DNA of 64,000 nucleotides from Chara braunii (lineage: Eukaryota > Plantae > Charophyceae): contig BFEA01000036.1 of the NCBI GenBank assembly GCA_003427395.1, positions 2,016,031-2,080,030 on the forward strand. Direction: 5' to 3'. This document shows, one piece after another, positions 11,281 through 25,110 of the stretch; positions within the stretch are counted from its first letter, which is position 1, and each line of letters opens with the position of its first letter. A program made the translations under genes and the position numbers. The notes beneath the pieces were generated by a model that was not told where the DNA came from, did no database searches, and saw only the letters and a list, made by a program, of their open reading frames with translations.

Positions 11281-14200
11281 CACCCAGGTTTTCCCCTCCA
11301 CCTCTGGTTCGCAATAAAGCAAGAGGCGGCTGTCCACCTGCCTTGGCAATACAACCCCCATCTGCAGATCTACAGATAAGGGCAACACCTCAACACGCTT
11401 CAGAAAGTCACGTGCTGCAGCTCTAATTCTATGAGAAAATGTATTTAATAATGATGTGAACAACCTCGTCACAGTTTTGCTATGGTTCTGTTCCCGTCAA
11501 CAGCACATAGCGTTCGAGACGGAACGCTGATGGAGAGCTGTATGATGGGACGTACGTTTCAGAGGGTAGCAACTGACCTATGACGCCTACCCATTTTAGG
11601 TTTTGCTTTAACTGAAGCTATTGCTTGTGGGACAACAGCAACCCTACCGAGCTCCCTCCATATTCGAATGGTTGGTCGCGACAACAGAGACAGCCTCCTA
11701 ATGTCTTACTAGAAAACCGGTTGCCATTTCACCCGCAAAAGAAACATTAAAAAAAAAACAAAAAAAAACAAAGACGTGGTAACCACACAACTCAGCCGCA
11801 CATTACACTTGTGGCCCCTCATCGGGCGCCTCATCCCTGAGAGGCATTATGTGCACTCTCTCCCTCTCCATTACTTTCATGTCTCCTCCTCATCCATGCG
11901 CATAGCACGTGTATGTTCCCCTTCCTTATCTTTTTCAATCCCATGCACATAGCACAATGCATCTGCACACACACACCGGAGTGAAGTGCAAGGTTCGTGC
12001 TTGTCGAAAGCCAGTACGGTTTGATACCTACACAATAGTAAAGTCACACACCCAGTGCTGTTGGTTTTGTATAACAGGAGGAAGAAGGAAGACCCATCCT
12101 CTTCCCACATTTATCATCTATGCCATGCAAGCCATTGAAACCGCGATCATCCCTCAAGAACGTACCCTTGACCTAAATCAGGCTCCATCCAAAATTTGGG
12201 TTCCCGTATAACGGAATCAGCGTTTCAGATGTTCAATTCGCCGTCTTGCACGCGAACAATGGCAAATACCCCCTATCACAACATCCTCCCTATTGTTCAC
12301 CTGGCACGTTCTCAACCTAAGCTCCTCTATGTCCCTAGCTCCTACACAAGGAATGACCGCTTCCCAAATGTGTCTTGCCAACATGGCGGAAGCCGCCCGC
12401 ATCTCATATTCAGATGGATTGCTGGGCAATACTGCCGGCACACAACTCACAGGGAGAGTGACTCCATGCGTCAACATCAAACTGATTCAAGTAAGGATCC
12501 TGGTGACCACATAAGAACAACTAGCACCTTAGTTCTCCTAGCACATTCTGAACTTCAGCTCGTCCACGAGCCCAGGTCCTCCACAGAAAGTGCTTCCCCA
12601 ATGTGACTGGCCCCTGCCGTAGGAAAAGTGGGTGAAATCACCCGTACCTGAGTATCCGCAAGGATCATCGGGCAATGCTGCTGAGGAAACACTTCACAGG
12701 GCAGCTGACCCTATGGATTGACATCAAACGAATTGATGTAAAGATCGCAGCGACTGCATCAGGGAAGCTCTCACAATGAATGCATCTACAATTCTTGTAG
12801 CCATTCACACCACTCAGTGCACACACCTACCGGTAGTGCCATGATCTGAGGGGGCAACTTGAAGGAAGGTCGAGGCACACGTCAAACTATTCAATGGAAA
12901 GATCAGGGTGACTCTATTAGGGTGGCTCCCACAATGAATACATCTACAATTATCCTAGCCATTCACACCACTCGTTGCACACACCTTATGCCATCATTTT
13001 TCTTCTTGGCAGTTCACACGGTTTTCCTCTATTTATTCTTTCGACTTTCCCTTTTCCCCATGCCTCTCAGGTGCAAAGTTCACCACACTCGTGTGGTCGA
13101 TTTCCAAGTGCCCACGCTATCCGTCTCCCAAAGCAGCACGATCACACCACGGGGACGACAGAGTAAGGAGTATCAAAGGTGTATAAGACAAGGGTAAACG
13201 ATTTTGGTGCTTTGGTTAAGGCATCCCAGCTCCATTGGGACCTAGTGAACCCCTATTGTATCACCTCTCGAGAGCCTATGCTACGATGAGAGACATTCTG
13301 ACATAAAAGCTATGCACTCCCTGTGAAAAATGCTGGCATAAAACTCTCAAGAGTCTCAACCACCTTCAGTTTGTCTCTCTCGGCCCGCAACCACTATAGT
13401 AGGCTGCTCTTTCTTGACCACCAGTCCAATTTGACAGAGCTTATCCTCTTCTGGACAGACACCGAGGTGACCGTGTGCTGATGTGTGTCGAAAAGGAGTC
13501 TGACCTTGTTCATTGCTGTAATCATGTTCTTTCTTCTTCTTCTTCTTCTTCTTTTGCTGTAATCATGTTCTCTGGACAAGTGGCTGCTATGTTTGATCAC
13601 ACTCCAGCATTCTCGCAACGTCCCTGTTATACTTGACTATCCTGCAGCATTCTTTCGCTCTGCTTCCCTAGCCGCATGAAGCCTATAATCACTGGTGACC
13701 ATCTTGCATCTGTTACCGCTTACGGTAGGGCATGCCCACTCACCACATAATTGTATCAAATGGAAAAGCGGCCGAATACAAACTGGCCTTCAGCTACATG
13801 TAGAGCAGCCTACTGACTATCCTGTCACAAGTGCACATCGACAATCTCTACACTAAAGCGTATTCCATAGGGAAATGTACTCAGTTTAAAGAGTACAACC
13901 TTTCCACGATGAATATCTCGAAAGGAGTACAAGACTCGTCTTAAATTTGGAAGCAGCAATCACCAATGCGCCTACGTCAGTTGGTACACCCATGAACTGT
14001 TGAAATACAGACCCAAGTTCGAATCGAGATGCAATAAAGAGGAAGCAACAATCAGCAGCAAAATTTCCAAAGCTCAATTGTTGCACTCCCACTGCTCAAT
14101 AACCCACTGCCAGGGAAGCCAGTGAGTTTACCACGAACCCCCCCGTCTATAATATAAAATCCCCATTCAGATCGTCGAACAGAAGAACCTATGTCTGCCA

Positions 14201-15356
14201 AGAATGGAATGAATATTGTGAGGACGGGTGGTGCAGAGCACATACAGAGCCAACGATAGCAGATCATTTGAACGATTGCACACACTGGCCTCGCTCTTCC
14301 CTTTGACATTTTTCCATTCACAAACATGAATTCACCACAAGAACACACTTGTGACAGTTACACTACAGCAAAAAGAAAATCATCACACATTCACAGACAT
14401 GACTTCCCTGCTGGAACGCTTCTAGCAGTTGTACTAAACCAAATAGTTAATCATCACACTAGGAGTGTGAAACTCTATTAACAGGAAAAGCACCGGCAGG
14501 CTGCGGCAGCTTATAAAACTATGAAGTGAGCATCCAGCATGTATCTCGTGCAACGCTTCACGAACAGAAGCTGATCAAGGCAAGCCAGCCAGCATCATTC
14601 ACGTAGTTTATGAGCAAAGACAGACTTCACTCACAGGCATGCATTCATAGTACTTCATACTTGAGGAGCAACCAAAACAACAAAAAACAGCTGAAACAAC
14701 TCGCACAGGGACACCATTGCCCCAAACAACATCGAGAACAACACCAGGACATGGATACATATCAATTGTGGAAAGGCCAATCAAATCCCTATGCACTTCA
14801 TGTTCTCGAGTTGCAGAGAACAATCCGAACTTGGCCAATGTTTCTGGATTCACTCCGCCTTAAGGCCTTGCGTGCTATTGTCATTGCCAAAATATTTTCC
14901 GCAGCTGGTTGGTGCGAACAACAAGTAAGGGATATGTTTGGTGTGTATTTTTCCAACCATCCTGATTTACATTGTATATTAACAGATTACGTTTTTTTAA
15001 GGGTCGTCGATAGAGAGGGCAACCGCCTCTGCAGGTTGCGTAAAGAAAAGGCTCACTGCAAAGATCCGAAGGTGATCGGAGAGCAGCCTTCAAGACGCGG
15101 CTTCGGGCACTCGCATCCAGCTCGCCAGAGTCATATTAGAGGTATTCAATATGTTTTAACTTCCTAGTTCTAACCCCCTATGAAGCACAATGCCAACTAA
15201 CGACTAACATCAACAAAAAGAGCAACACCAGAATGAAAAGATTTCGCCAAAAAAAAAAAAAGAAAGCAAGAAGTGGACTTAGCCTCCACATTACTATTTC
15301 GGACAATAATAATTCATTTCAACAGTTTTCAACACAAGAAACTTTGGTAACCTTAC

Positions 15357-15503
15357 CTGGGATGGCTCTTTCCTTTGACATATTTCTGTCCATACTTGCG
15401 CCATCTCCACCCATCGTCCATTACTTCCCTCTCGCTGACAGTCTGGATCACAAACCTCGGCTCCCGAACAGCCCTCGGCACCCCTTCCTTCTTATCCTTT
15501 CTC
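15357..15503 (-). CDS. WRKY: Group I WRKY, exon 4 (first half of C-terminal WRKY domain)
   Basis: [38 protein letters not shown]. Acceptor cccag|G; donor AG|GTAAGG is the conserved phase-2 R-type WRKY intron. Confidence 0.95.
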
Positions 15504-15574
15504 CTGGGACAGCAAAAATATGTGATAATCAGAGGCTGCATCTAACACACTACATGCACTTACGAGCTCAGCCA

Positions 15575-15695
15575 AACAGAGGAGATGTAATTCAACAGAC
15601 AGCTGCAAGGTCATAGACTAAGGAGGAGATGTTGAACAGAGCTGCAAGGTCATAGACTAAGGAGGAGATGTAATCCTACAGACAGCTGCAAGGTA
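15575..15695. repeat. ~40-bp tandem repeat x3
   Basis: Repeated unit cagctgcaaggtcatagactaaggaggagatgt. Confidence 0.85.
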
Positions 15696-16318
15696 ATAAA
15701 ACTACGTACAGCAACTCTATTCCAGATTTCATAACACTTTTATACACGATGGGATAAGAAAAAGACACACAAGCAGTTCTTTATAACCAAGTTTGTCAAG
15801 AAAGGGTGCATAGCAGTTGAAGCAATGAGCTGAATATCTTCAGTTCATCACTTCGGAAAAGTTGATAGGAAGGATGAACCAGTGCCTTCAAGAGTTGGCG
15901 CTGCATTTTCATATGCACACAGACCATTACCGCTGAAAATAGATAGAGCACAGAAAACAACCTGATTCATCTACAAGGGCTCTAACCTGCGGCTGTGCGA
16001 CTAAGCGAAAATGAAAAGCAAGCCAACAAGAAAAGCAGAGCCCAATCAACGAGTAAACAGCCAGGCACTGACCCATATCAATGGGCAGGGACACGGTTTA
16101 CTCGACGGTTTTGTGATTTTTAAGGGCCACAGGACTATTTCAAGGCCAATTGTACACGCTCCAAAAACGCCCAGACACAGGCAGAGCATTTCAAGAGAAT
16201 TGCCCCACCAAAGCAGGCGGTTCTGACTCCTTTTAGCCCAAACTTCTGGCGGATCTGCGCTTGATGCCCTAAGCCATACTCTTCAGGAAGGATCCTGGCA
16301 ACAGAGGATAAAACATAC

Positions 16319-17298
16319 CTCTTCTTGCATCCATCTAGATCATCGCCACCCTCAACACCTCGCTTAGCACATGTGGTCATTCCAAGCTCCATCTCAGTGT
16401 CTTCCATATCATCCATGTCAGCACTTGAAAATGAGGACCGTGACAACGAAGAATGCGGGGGACTTGCCGACCCAGAATAGGGGGGATACAAAAGCCGGGC
16501 AGAAGCTTGTCCAGATCGACCTGGACCCCCCCCACCACAGACGGGGGAGGAATTGGCCACTGTTATGGCACTGGACAACCCGTCCTCGCAGTTGGAAGGG
16601 GAGGCGTCACCAGAGGAGTTCAATCTGTCCAGCCGTACGGCACCAACATTCGGCGGTGACTTGGCATCATCATCCAGTGAATGGCGATTGGTATCGTGGA
16701 CACGCGTCCACATATCCTCTCCATCTGATTGCCCTTCACCTTCTATAACTGTGACCTTCCCACCATCTAGATTTAGTTCACGGCCGTCTCCAGAATTCCC
16801 CCATCCCCCATCTCTGTCAGAGCCCACAATAGCCAGTGTGAGATGGGATGACGGCCCTCCAGACGAATTCTTTCCTGAATCCTTTCCCAAGTTGCTGTTC
16901 CTCATCCTTGCAGCAGCTGCATTAGCTGATCGCCGCAACATTGCTGGTTGGGGATGGTTATGGTCATTTTTGTACTCCACTGACAAATCCAGCCCTGAAT
17001 GTGTTCGTTCCACGCGCTTCTTTGCTGAGCAACTGGGGTGCGTGCACTTGTAGTAACTCCTTGGATGATTGCTCCCCTTCACATGCTTCTGTCCATATTT
17101 TCGCCAATTCCAGCAATCAGGAGCGCTTCTTTCTTGAAAACCGCCTGCTGATCGGCCACTTCCTTGAACTGGACGGGCGACAGCTCTCCTTTCCTCCTGT
17201 GCCTCTTGCCGTGCCTGATGCTTCTGTGGCAACTGCTCGTGCGACTGTGTCGCAGTCAAAGCAGGTGTTGTCTCTTGGTGGGGCTGCAGTGAATTTGT
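16319..17298 (-). CDS. WRKY: Group I WRKY, exon 3 (N-terminal WRKY domain)
   Basis: Acceptor cttgcag|ACA. Encodes [26 protein letters not shown]...HNH (C2H2 finger). Donor AG|GTATGT, phase 2. Confidence 0.93.
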
Positions 17299-18064
17299 CT
17301 GCAAGAGGACAAGACCGATACCCCAGCCATGGAGCTCAATGTCAGGGACTGCCGCGATTCCCTCCACAAATGAAAACAAACACGCTAACAAAATGAATCA
17401 CAAGCAGCATGTCGTTACCCCAGGTGCTTTCCAAATAGCTGCGAACAACAGCAAGGAAATAGTTCCACTTTCCAGAGAGAAAGTCCTATATCATCTCCAA
17501 TAGTGTCATCTTGTCCTAGATCCCTAAACTTCGGTTCCGCTAAAGGACATACAACTTCCTAACGTTCCTTTAGCAGAATATCCGACAATACAACCAATTA
17601 CTTTTTTCTCCCTTTTTTACATAAACTTTGGTAAGACAATCTTTTGTCCCTGCAATACATTTATTTGCTGCCAGAGGTTCGGAGCTTCTGAAAAAACAGG
17701 CAAACTTGCAGAGCCACCCACTTCTTTGCCATCAGGTTTATGCCAGTCCTGAACTCCAATGCCGTATCAATTTCATTCTCATATCCGAATGCCTACCGTC
17801 ACATCCATATTCCAACGCCACTGTTATCCACAGCATACCAACCACATGGAAAGACATCAGCAATTCCCTCAAATATCCCAACAACAACCCCAAGCCTCAT
17901 CCCATCCCTCCTCCCATGCATCCATCTCTTGATCACCCACCAGTGACAGCATACCAACCACCCACAAAGACTTATGATGGAAGTCCCTTCGATCACCCAA
18001 AACACAACCCCAACTCGCATCCCATCACTCCTCTCATCTCTCCATCTGCCCAAAACATGACAGC

Positions 18065-18131
<67 letters not shown>

Positions 18132-18478
18132 NNNNNNNNNNNNNNNNNNNNNNNNNNNNNNNNNNNNNNNNNNNNNNNNNNNNNNNNNNNNNNNNNNNNN
18201 NNNNNNNNNNNNNNNNNNNNNNNNNNNNNNNNNNNNNNNNNNNNNNNNNNNNNNNNNNNNNNNNNNNNNNNNNNNNNNNNNNNNNNNNNNNNNNNNNNNN
18301 NNNNNNNNNNNNNNNNNNNNNNNNNNNNNNNNNNNNNNNNNNNNNNNNNNNNNNNNNNNNNNNNNNNNNNNNNNNNNNNNNNNNNNNNNNNNNNNNNNNN
18401 NNNNNNNNNNNNNNNNNNNNNNNNNNNNNNNNNNNNNNNNNNNNNNNNNNNNNNNNNNNNNNNNNNNNNNNNNNNNNN

Positions 18479-18517
<39 letters not shown>

Positions 18518-19404
18518 CTCTTTGTGTGTGTGTATGTCTGTGTGTGTGTCGTATGTTTCCACCACAACAGCCCCTATTCCACCCACACAAGTAGATTCGA
18601 GTTGAGCCAGCCCAACAACTAAAGAATTCACCTCTTTAGCAAGCAACATGAATCATAATTGAACCGTTTTGAATTGTGTTTAGTTGGGGTTTCTTTGGGG
18701 CAACAGCTCCTTTTTTACTATGTCTCGCATGTACAAGGCTACCCACGTTGATTGTGGTTGAGCGGCAGCCGCCGACATCCCTGTGTGCCTTGTGTGTTTG
18801 TGTGTGTCTGTGTGTCTGTGTGTCTGTGTGTCTGTGTGTCTGCATGTATGTGTGACTGCGATGCTTAACACACCCTGAAGGAAAGGCATGGTTGTGACAG
18901 TTAACCGCCAGAATTAACTCAATGTTTGTGTGTTGTCAAATCATCACCATGTTCAGGTCTGTGTGTGTGTGTGTGCTGTCAGATCCGCACCTTTTTTTCT
19001 GAACAACTTCCAAATCTTATGGGCTGACAAAAATAACAACAGTGGACTGACCAGCTTCTGACTCATAATAAAAACGGAAAAAGGAGAGGATGGAGGGTCC
19101 CCCATTCTATACGTTGTGCAAGGAGTGATGTGCGCACATGTGCCTGACACCACAAACCAGGTATGGAAAATGATACACAAAAAAGGAATGTGCAAAGATG
19201 ATAGAACTTACCGCCCAGTTAGTGGGGCCACAAAGAAAACACAACCATTAGAACTACACAGACTGATTCGAATGGCAGCAACAAAGCAGGAAGTGAAGCG
19301 GCCTTCCCTGGCTGAGATTGGCAGGCGTGAGGCGTGACAAGGGATGCACAGAGGTTTGAGGGTGAGGAGAACTACAAAAGTGAGTCGTCGAGAGTTTTAT
19401 TTAC

Positions 19405-19659
19405 CAAGGTCATTATAGGCACTGCTGGAATAGCCCTCGGTGAAGTCCCACCTCCTCCTCCTCCTCCTCCTCCTCCTCCTCCTCCTCCCCCTCCTCCTCC
19501 AAGGCAAGAAGACGACAAATCGTTTCTTTGATGTGATTGGTTTCTCCCAATAAGAAAACCGGAAGAGTGACTTGTCTCCTTACTCATGTCCGATGGCATG
19601 TACGCCTTGCTGGCATGGTATCCAAAATTCATTATCCCAGACGTTGGTGAAGGCACCAC
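19405..19659 (-). CDS. WRKY: Group I WRKY, exon 2
   Basis: Acceptor aaccag|GTG. Starts VVPSPTSG (PSPTTG motif of group I WRKYs) and contains a poly-Gly tract. Donor TTG|GTAAAT; 255 nt, phase 0/0. Confidence 0.75.
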
Positions 19660-20066
19660 CTGGTTCAAAGAAACACCAAGGCAGAACTGAGTCCATTTGT
19701 CATCCTCACATCCCTGTTGCAATCCCAACACGTGGACCAAGCAACAACACAGCATATACTAGAAAGACACAAATGGTGCTATGCCTAACTTCCCAACTGC
19801 TTTAACAATGCAATACTACAGGGAACAACAAATGCAACACATTGACAATGGCCCTACCATTTGTAACTATCACTTCTATTCGACCAAAAAAAAAAAAAAA
19901 AAAAAAAAAAGGTTGACCAGTACGAGCAGCACTGCACGGAACCACAAGGGCTGGCTGCCGTTGCCATTGCCATTTAGTGCCCTGTAGGCTGAATGGATGA
20001 CTGGTTATGCACCGCACAGCAAACTTGACCCGATTATCGATATAGAGGAACTTACAAGAGAGCGAG

Positions 20067-20151
<85 letters not shown>

Positions 20152-22720
20152 ACACAAGTTCAGGAGTAGGTCGTGTAACAGAGTATGAGTGCCTAACGAG
20201 AACAGGAACACCTTGCATATTGATGCAGCACTAGACAGACAGCCGCACATACAGCCGGTTGGATAGAGTTGTTTGCCAGCCAGATCGGAAATGGATGTAT
20301 GGATGGACCAAAAGCTGGTCAGGCGATAGCACAATCAGATGCCCAACCAGAGAACTGGTCAAGGGGCTAGGTAGCAGTGACACTGGTGAACTCTAAACAA
20401 ACTTTGTCAGGGTTCTGTGAATGACACAGAGGCAGGTACAGACAAAATGCCATAAAGACATGACAAACCCAACTACCCCATGAAACAGCAAACATACAAT
20501 TGAACAACGATAAGCAGCATGGCTCATGCGAGCACTTCCCTGCGCATGGCCAATCAGCACACAGTGTCGACAGCATTACCTGTCACCTCAGACAGCTGAG
20601 CGCGTGTCACTCAGAACCACCAAGTGACTGGCGTTTCTGAGATGAACTGATCAAACCAATCACAAGAGCATCATCGCCAACAAATACTTTGTGACTACCC
20701 GTTGAGGGAAGCTTATGATGGCTACTGTTGTGAGGGAATATAGTTCCACCATATTCCTTCTGTATGATTGCTCCTAATGGCTTCCAACTAACTAATCAAC
20801 TGGTGCCTACTTTGATGGCTGGTCAGGCAAAACAAACTTGTGACACGGCCAGATAGCCATGCAGATCTGATGGTGGGCAGGCACATAGCATGGCATGAAT
20901 TGCCCAGCCTGCCCCGGGATCGAGCACAAGGATTGACTTGGCCATCTGGCACTACAGGCAGCCCTCCCTACCAGAAGCACGTGCCCAAAACATGATGCGC
21001 TTTTCTTCCGTTTTAACCACCCACATGAAAAATGAAAGAGGACTTGTAAACAGGACGTTTGACCATTCGTGCCGGCAAGAAAAGGTTTCCCAGCTGAATG
21101 TGCAATGCAATACCTTTAAACACTTGCGCTGGGACTAGCTGAGCGCAATCAAATTATATTCCATCGCATGACCAGATCGGTTCTGGCGTGCGTCCTACGT
21201 GAGAGGTTACCAGACTGTATCAATGAGAAGTCATGTCGTTGCATGCAGGAACGCAGATATTGCTGGCAAACAACCCACAGCACCAGGGACCAGAGAGAGT
21301 ACAGCAGACAGAGAATCACAAATAGAGGGCACAGTCCGCACAGGGGGGGATCCCAGTGAAATAGCCAAAGAGGCATAGGGTGGGTTTACCGGGACAGCCA
21401 GCGCTGAACCAAGGCTGGATTCATTGTGTGTCTGGCGACTAGGAGCTGGTAGAAGCCCCCTTGCATGGGCAGTTTCTTTGGGAACAGGACTCAACGGACA
21501 GGTGGCGGCACAGGACGCAGCCATCCTCCTTGTCAGCACGTCCCTCACAAGTGCAGCCTGAGAATCAAGGCACAAAGAGTTAGTTTTCACACCTCCCTGG
21601 CCTCCATAGGCCAGTCTGTCTCCCACCAGTCCAATGAAAGCTTCACCTATACTGGCTCTTGTTCCTCTGGCCAAAGCGACAAAAGCCAAACCTCCTGCTA
21701 ACACTACTGCTCAACCCTCCTCTCAAATTTCGTTGCATGAATAACAAAACCCTTCTCCTTCTGCTCCTCCTCTTGTGCCTCTCCCTCCGTTTCTCCTTCT
21801 GCTGTTCCTTCTACTCCTGCCGTTGCCCGTGCTACTCCTCTTTGCTCTCCTGCTACTGCTACAAGTCATTCTCGTACTCCAGCTACCGCCCTTCCTCCCC
21901 CTGCTCCTCCTCTTACCCCTCACGCTCACATCAGCTCGTTGTCATTTTTACAACTAAGAGAAGCAGAACAAATACAGACAATGCAGCCCGCATTAGCATC
22001 AAACACAGATTACCCCAGCACAAACAGAAAACAACAGAGAACTGCCTACCATTTCATGTGGCGCAACCATTTATGGGGCCATCCACCCAGCGTGCATATG
22101 CCCCACAGACATAATGAGCCTCACGAACGATTCCTAGACATCTTCTTCGAGTGCTTTGATCGTTTTAAGCACAGCCTCGTTCCTCCCTGATTAATGGGTT
22201 TTTTCCTATGTCACTCATTTGGGAGTGGCAACTCCGCTGTCCCATTCCTGTCCCGAGAAGTCAGCATATTCAACAAAGCAGACCATGAACATAGACCTTA
22301 TATCCCGCTGACGAACACAGCCTATCGGCCAAACAAACAGTTCTGTCACAGATCAAGGATACGCCTAAATTTCAGCAAAAGCACGCACAGTACTCGTCGA
22401 TAACTGCAATGCTCCTAAAATAAGTCTGAGGTTTTGCACATACCCCAGGGGAACCGATGAAGCAGAATGCCTTGGCCGGCACCCACACAGTATACCATAC
22501 CCCAACCAACCAGAGATAATCCAGGTGAGATAACAGTGTCTATGTCTTGCAGAGTGTGGCTCGTGTCGTTCTTGTTCTTGCCATCTACTGCCCCCCGTTT
22601 GCTATCACATATCTTGTTCTGAACTCGCTTCCAGCAGTACTAACGAGTAACCGGACTGGCTCCCGCCAGAATAAAACGGGCACAGCGGGTGGGGGAAGAG
22701 CGGCTTGTGTGTTGTGGGGG

Positions 22721-22806
<86 letters not shown>

Positions 22807-23075
22807 ACATAAGACCCATGTTGCACAGACTGTCTCCATTGACCCATGCTGCACAGACCATCTTCTTGCTGCACATGAGTCCCTCGCTTCACAGACCGCC
22901 AAGGAAATGGTGGACCTTTGAGTGCCATGTCAATCCTGATCCCAAGACGGGCATTGAGCCCAACACATGTGCTGATACGGGCAGCATTCTGCATCGGGAA
23001 TTCGGCATCAAACAGCACAAGCTGGGTGTGGCCTGCAAACTGATGCAGATCACAGGAGCAGCAACGCATGGCCAT

Positions 23076-23320
23076 ATCAATTTTGACCATCAGATGGCCA
23101 CTCTGCTCTGCCAACGTGCTACCGTCATCAGCCAAAGAGAAACCCCGGTCATTCTTACCATATCTTAGACTGCAAGTTGGCCCAAACATCAATTTTGACA
23201 ATCAGATGCCCACTCTGCTCTGACAACGTGCTACCGCCTGCACCAGAACAGAACCACCACTGGTCATTATCACCGTATCTTAGACTGAAAGTTGCCCAAA
23301 ATACAGCTGAAGTGACCGGC
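23076..23320. repeat. ~112-bp tandem duplication
   Basis: atcaattttgac.atcagatg.ccactctgctctg.caacgtgctaccg...tatcttagactg.aagttg.ccaaa occurs twice. Confidence 0.85.
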
Positions 23321-23329
23321 ATTCTCTTC

Positions 23330-23560
23330 GGGTGAAGCTGGTAGAAACGGAGCATAAGATCGGCATTGAGCAAGTGACCTGCACTATGTGCTGGATCAGC
23401 AATGAGCAGGATGTAGGAGTCGAGCACCATGCTAACCTTTATGCCTATTGCAAGACCCACATGCAGCACAAGATTGGAGCACAAGGAGCAGGCTGATCGC
23501 CATGCACAACTCTGGCATTCTATGGGAAAAGGGTGTACTACCGTACCGGCCAATCGGATA
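23330..23560 (-). mobile_element. Possible decayed hAT transposase fragment
   Basis: Minus frame DPAHSAGHLLN resembles the hAT PxHxAAxxLNP motif. Single motif only. Confidence 0.3.
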
Positions 23561-24315
23561 AGTGGGCACGATTTGACAGCCAAGAACAGCTTACTCGTGG
23601 CTTCACGAGAACCACTTAACCCACCAACCTGATTTTGAATGTATACAACTGACTTTCCGGCCCGGTACGGTCCAGTTCTAAGCTTGACTTCTGACTAACA
23701 CCAAACTCGTGGCTTGATGAGAACCACTTAACCCACCAGTACCTACCACGTTTTTAGGCGTTGATGCGGTGGATTAATCGGTGCACCACGCAGGTCTGTA
23801 TTCCTATTCCTTCACATCAGAGGGAGCCTAAGACCCCCTGAGATACTGGTGGTTTAAGCAGATTGATATCGATACTCCGTGCAACGTGGACATCAGCCAA
23901 CCTCCTAACCTGGAACAGTCCTTCCTTATTTCCCAGTTTATCGCCTTCGTGAGCGAGAGATGGACAAGGGATAACTAACAACTAACATACGTCGTTCTTA
24001 AACCCAAGCTACATTGGACTCGATCAAATCATTACATTGGACTCGGTCAAATCTGTCATGTAATGAAGGAAACTCGTCCGTCGTAAAGAAGTTCGCCAAG
24101 AAAGGCGAACACTTCAAAACAGTCCCCATCCGCAGGGATTCGAAGTGAGGTATAACGATAGATAAGAATGTGGGGAGGGCCCGTTGCAAGTCCGTAGAAA
24201 GGCGTGTATTCCCATCTTCGAACAAGTCACTCCATAGGGTTCAGAAGTGAGACAAGACTGGATACTGAGAAAGTGGGGACGGTGCAGTTAAGAGTCAAAA
24301 ATCCCATAACTGTGC

Positions 24316-24525
24316 AATCAACCTGATTAGATAGATTCCTTGGTTAATTGGTTGGTTGGCTAATTGATTGGTTAATTGGTTGGGTAATTGGTTGGCTAAT
24401 TGATTGGTTGGCTAATTGATTGGTTGGCTAAATGATTGGTTGGCTAATCTATCTAATCAACCTGATTAGATAGATTGGTTGGCTAATTGGTTGGTTAATT
24501 GGTTGCCTAATTGGTTGGTTAACTA
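24316..24525. repeat. 12-bp minisatellite (TAATTGGTTGGC)n
   Basis: Degenerate tandem units; aatcaacctgattagatagatt is duplicated at 24316 and ~24456. Confidence 0.85.
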
Positions 24526-24699
24526 GTTTGTGATTTTGTGCCATACATGAGACTACTTGGTCAGCACTTCAAGACCCATGAGTATCTTCATCCAGCCATA
24601 AATTCTTCAGTCAATCAGCAGGTGACGGCTACTGGACAGCGGTTCCATTATGCAGGGGATAGGATCGAGTAAAAAGGTACCGAGGGGCATCTTTGCTTT

Positions 24700-24796
24700 G
24701 GATGGACGTCTGAGTGGTTGAGGGTTTTTGTCTTAAGAACTGACGTATTATATTAGTACGATATTACAAAATATCAGGGGTTCGGATCCCTCTCCA
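24700..24796 (+). pseudogene. trnS: Degenerate mitochondrial-type tRNA-Ser(UGA), followed ~65 bp later by an A-rich tail
   Basis: GGATGGACGTCTGAGTGGTTGA...GTCTTAAGAACTGA.GTATT...AGGGGTTCGGATCCCTCTCCA aligns by memory to plant mt trnS(UGA). Anticodon mutated and variable arm expanded. Confidence 0.65.
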
Positions 24797-24994
24797 GGTT
24801 GGACAGGGGTGTGGTGGGACAGGATAGTTACGAATTAAAGAACTACGGTTTCAGCTTTCTGAAGAAAAAAAAAAGGAAAAGAAAAAAAAAAGCACTTCAG
24901 AAAACTTTTGAGCAAGGGGCCCAGCTACGTCACCAGATCGAGACCGTCCAAGTGAAGAATACCAATCCTCACAATGGCGGACATTACATGGGTC

Positions 24995-25110
24995 GGCAAT
25001 CCACTAGAGAACATATCACTCTTCACAATGCGACGGCAATCCACTAGAAAATATCACTCTTCACAATGCGATGGCAAACCACTAGAAAATATCACTCTTC
25101 ACAATGCGAC
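24995..25110. repeat. ~38-40-bp tandem repeat x3
   Basis: ccactagaaaatatcactcttcacaatgcga occurs three times. Confidence 0.85.

Noticed and set aside
14610-15167. 185-aa plus-strand ORF in WRKY intron 4
   Set aside because: No recognisable motif or splice structure; possibly TE debris but unsupported.
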